The notes under the pieces were generated by a model. The model ran no database searches, was not told the DNA's origin, and worked only from the letters and a program-made list of their open reading frames with translations. From positions 372,001 to 436,000 of the forward strand of contig JAHLTZ010000002.1 in NCBI GenBank assembly GCA_025786725.1: 64,000 nucleotides of DNA, given 5' to 3'. This DNA is from Syncephalis fuscata S228. Its lineage: Eukaryota; Fungi; Zoopagomycota. The translations under genes were made by a program, and so were the position numbers. How positions within the stretch are numbered: position 1 is the stretch's first letter; each line of letters begins with the position of its first letter. This document shows positions 63,515 to 64,000 of the stretch, one piece after another.

Positions 63515-63871
63515 TCACTTGGGCACAAATTTCTTTGCTGCCTTCTTTGCTTTGTGACCAGCCTTGCTTAGCTTTTCAGACATGCTATGGGTAGCAGCAC
63601 GGGCATTGCCACTGATACCACCGCGCAGTTTATGAAACTCCTTTCCAACCTTGCGGGTGGATTGCTTGAGATAGTATGCAGCTGATTCACTCAAATTGTG
63701 GACAGCATGATTAACTTCTTTGATACTTTGTCTGGCCTTGCCTCCAATACTACGACCTCTTGGCTGTAGATTTGGGTGTACAGATGGTGCAGCGGTGATG
63801 GAAGGCGCCAAGAGAGCGACGTTCAAAAGGCAGCTGACTACAGCGATGAAGAGAATAGCAACGCGGACCAT
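63515..63871 (-). CDS. Small secreted basic protein with possible propeptide, intronless
   Basis: MVRVAILFIAVVSCLLNVALLAPSITA-APSVHPNLQPR, then a Lys/His/Ala-rich helical region. Confidence 0.7.
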   Translation of the reverse strand: MVRVAILFIAVVSCLLNVALLAPSITAAPSVHPNLQPRGRSIGGKARQSIKEVNHAVHNLSESAAYYLKQSTRKVGKEFHKLRGGISGNARAATHSMSEKLSKAGHKAKKAAKKFVPK

Positions 63872-64000
63872 ATTGTTAAGATTCGTAATATGAAAACTAA
63901 GGCTGATAATATCGTAACTAGTCAAAGGGAATATAAGCGTATAACGTTTACTTGCATTAAAATCTAAAACTATTTATATTAGTTTATACAGAATATTTTT

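Overview
AT-rich, intron-dense eukaryotic genomic DNA from an early-diverging fungus. Short spliceosomal introns, a DHCR7-type sterol reductase and orphan F-box/7TM/secreted proteins suggest Zoopagomycota, possibly Syncephalis-like; this is inference only. About 32 protein-coding genes can be reconstructed by hand-splicing: a Rad21/Rec8 kleisin (5'-truncated), RPL9, NDUFB11, a probable PEX8, DCTN5, an F-box-like orphan, a multi-TM orphan, a signal-peptide-bearing phosphatidylserine decarboxylase, an M50B peptidase, an AVT2-like transporter, VMA11, an OPT transporter, Shg1/BOD1, a heme oxygenase with N-terminal CP repeats, small secreted proteins, a UGT, a two-domain glycosyltransferase, MME1, an SxxC thioredoxin, RPL4, CAC2, a GH16 glucanase, two tandem prolyl 4-hydroxylases, a glycerate kinase, CUS1/SF3B2, DHCR7, PEX11 and SEN34. 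Non-coding highlights: (1) a dispersed modular repeat family with 7 arm copies, forming a ~1.1 kb element with long inverted arms, two of whose copies bracket the F-box orphan; (2) a near-identical ~400 bp inverted duplication bracketing a four-gene 8 kb block; (3) an unexplained hairpin-dense ~630 nt region at 51.1-51.75 kb that looks like a structured RNA; (4) at least seven GC-AG introns; (5) metazoan-like promoter motifs (TCT/TOP-like tracts at both RP genes; SRE + GC-box + CCAAT at DHCR7). Many single-base frameshifts fall in homopolymers and are most likely assembly errors. No tRNA, rRNA, CRISPR or transposase was recognised. Exon boundaries are manual and approximate.
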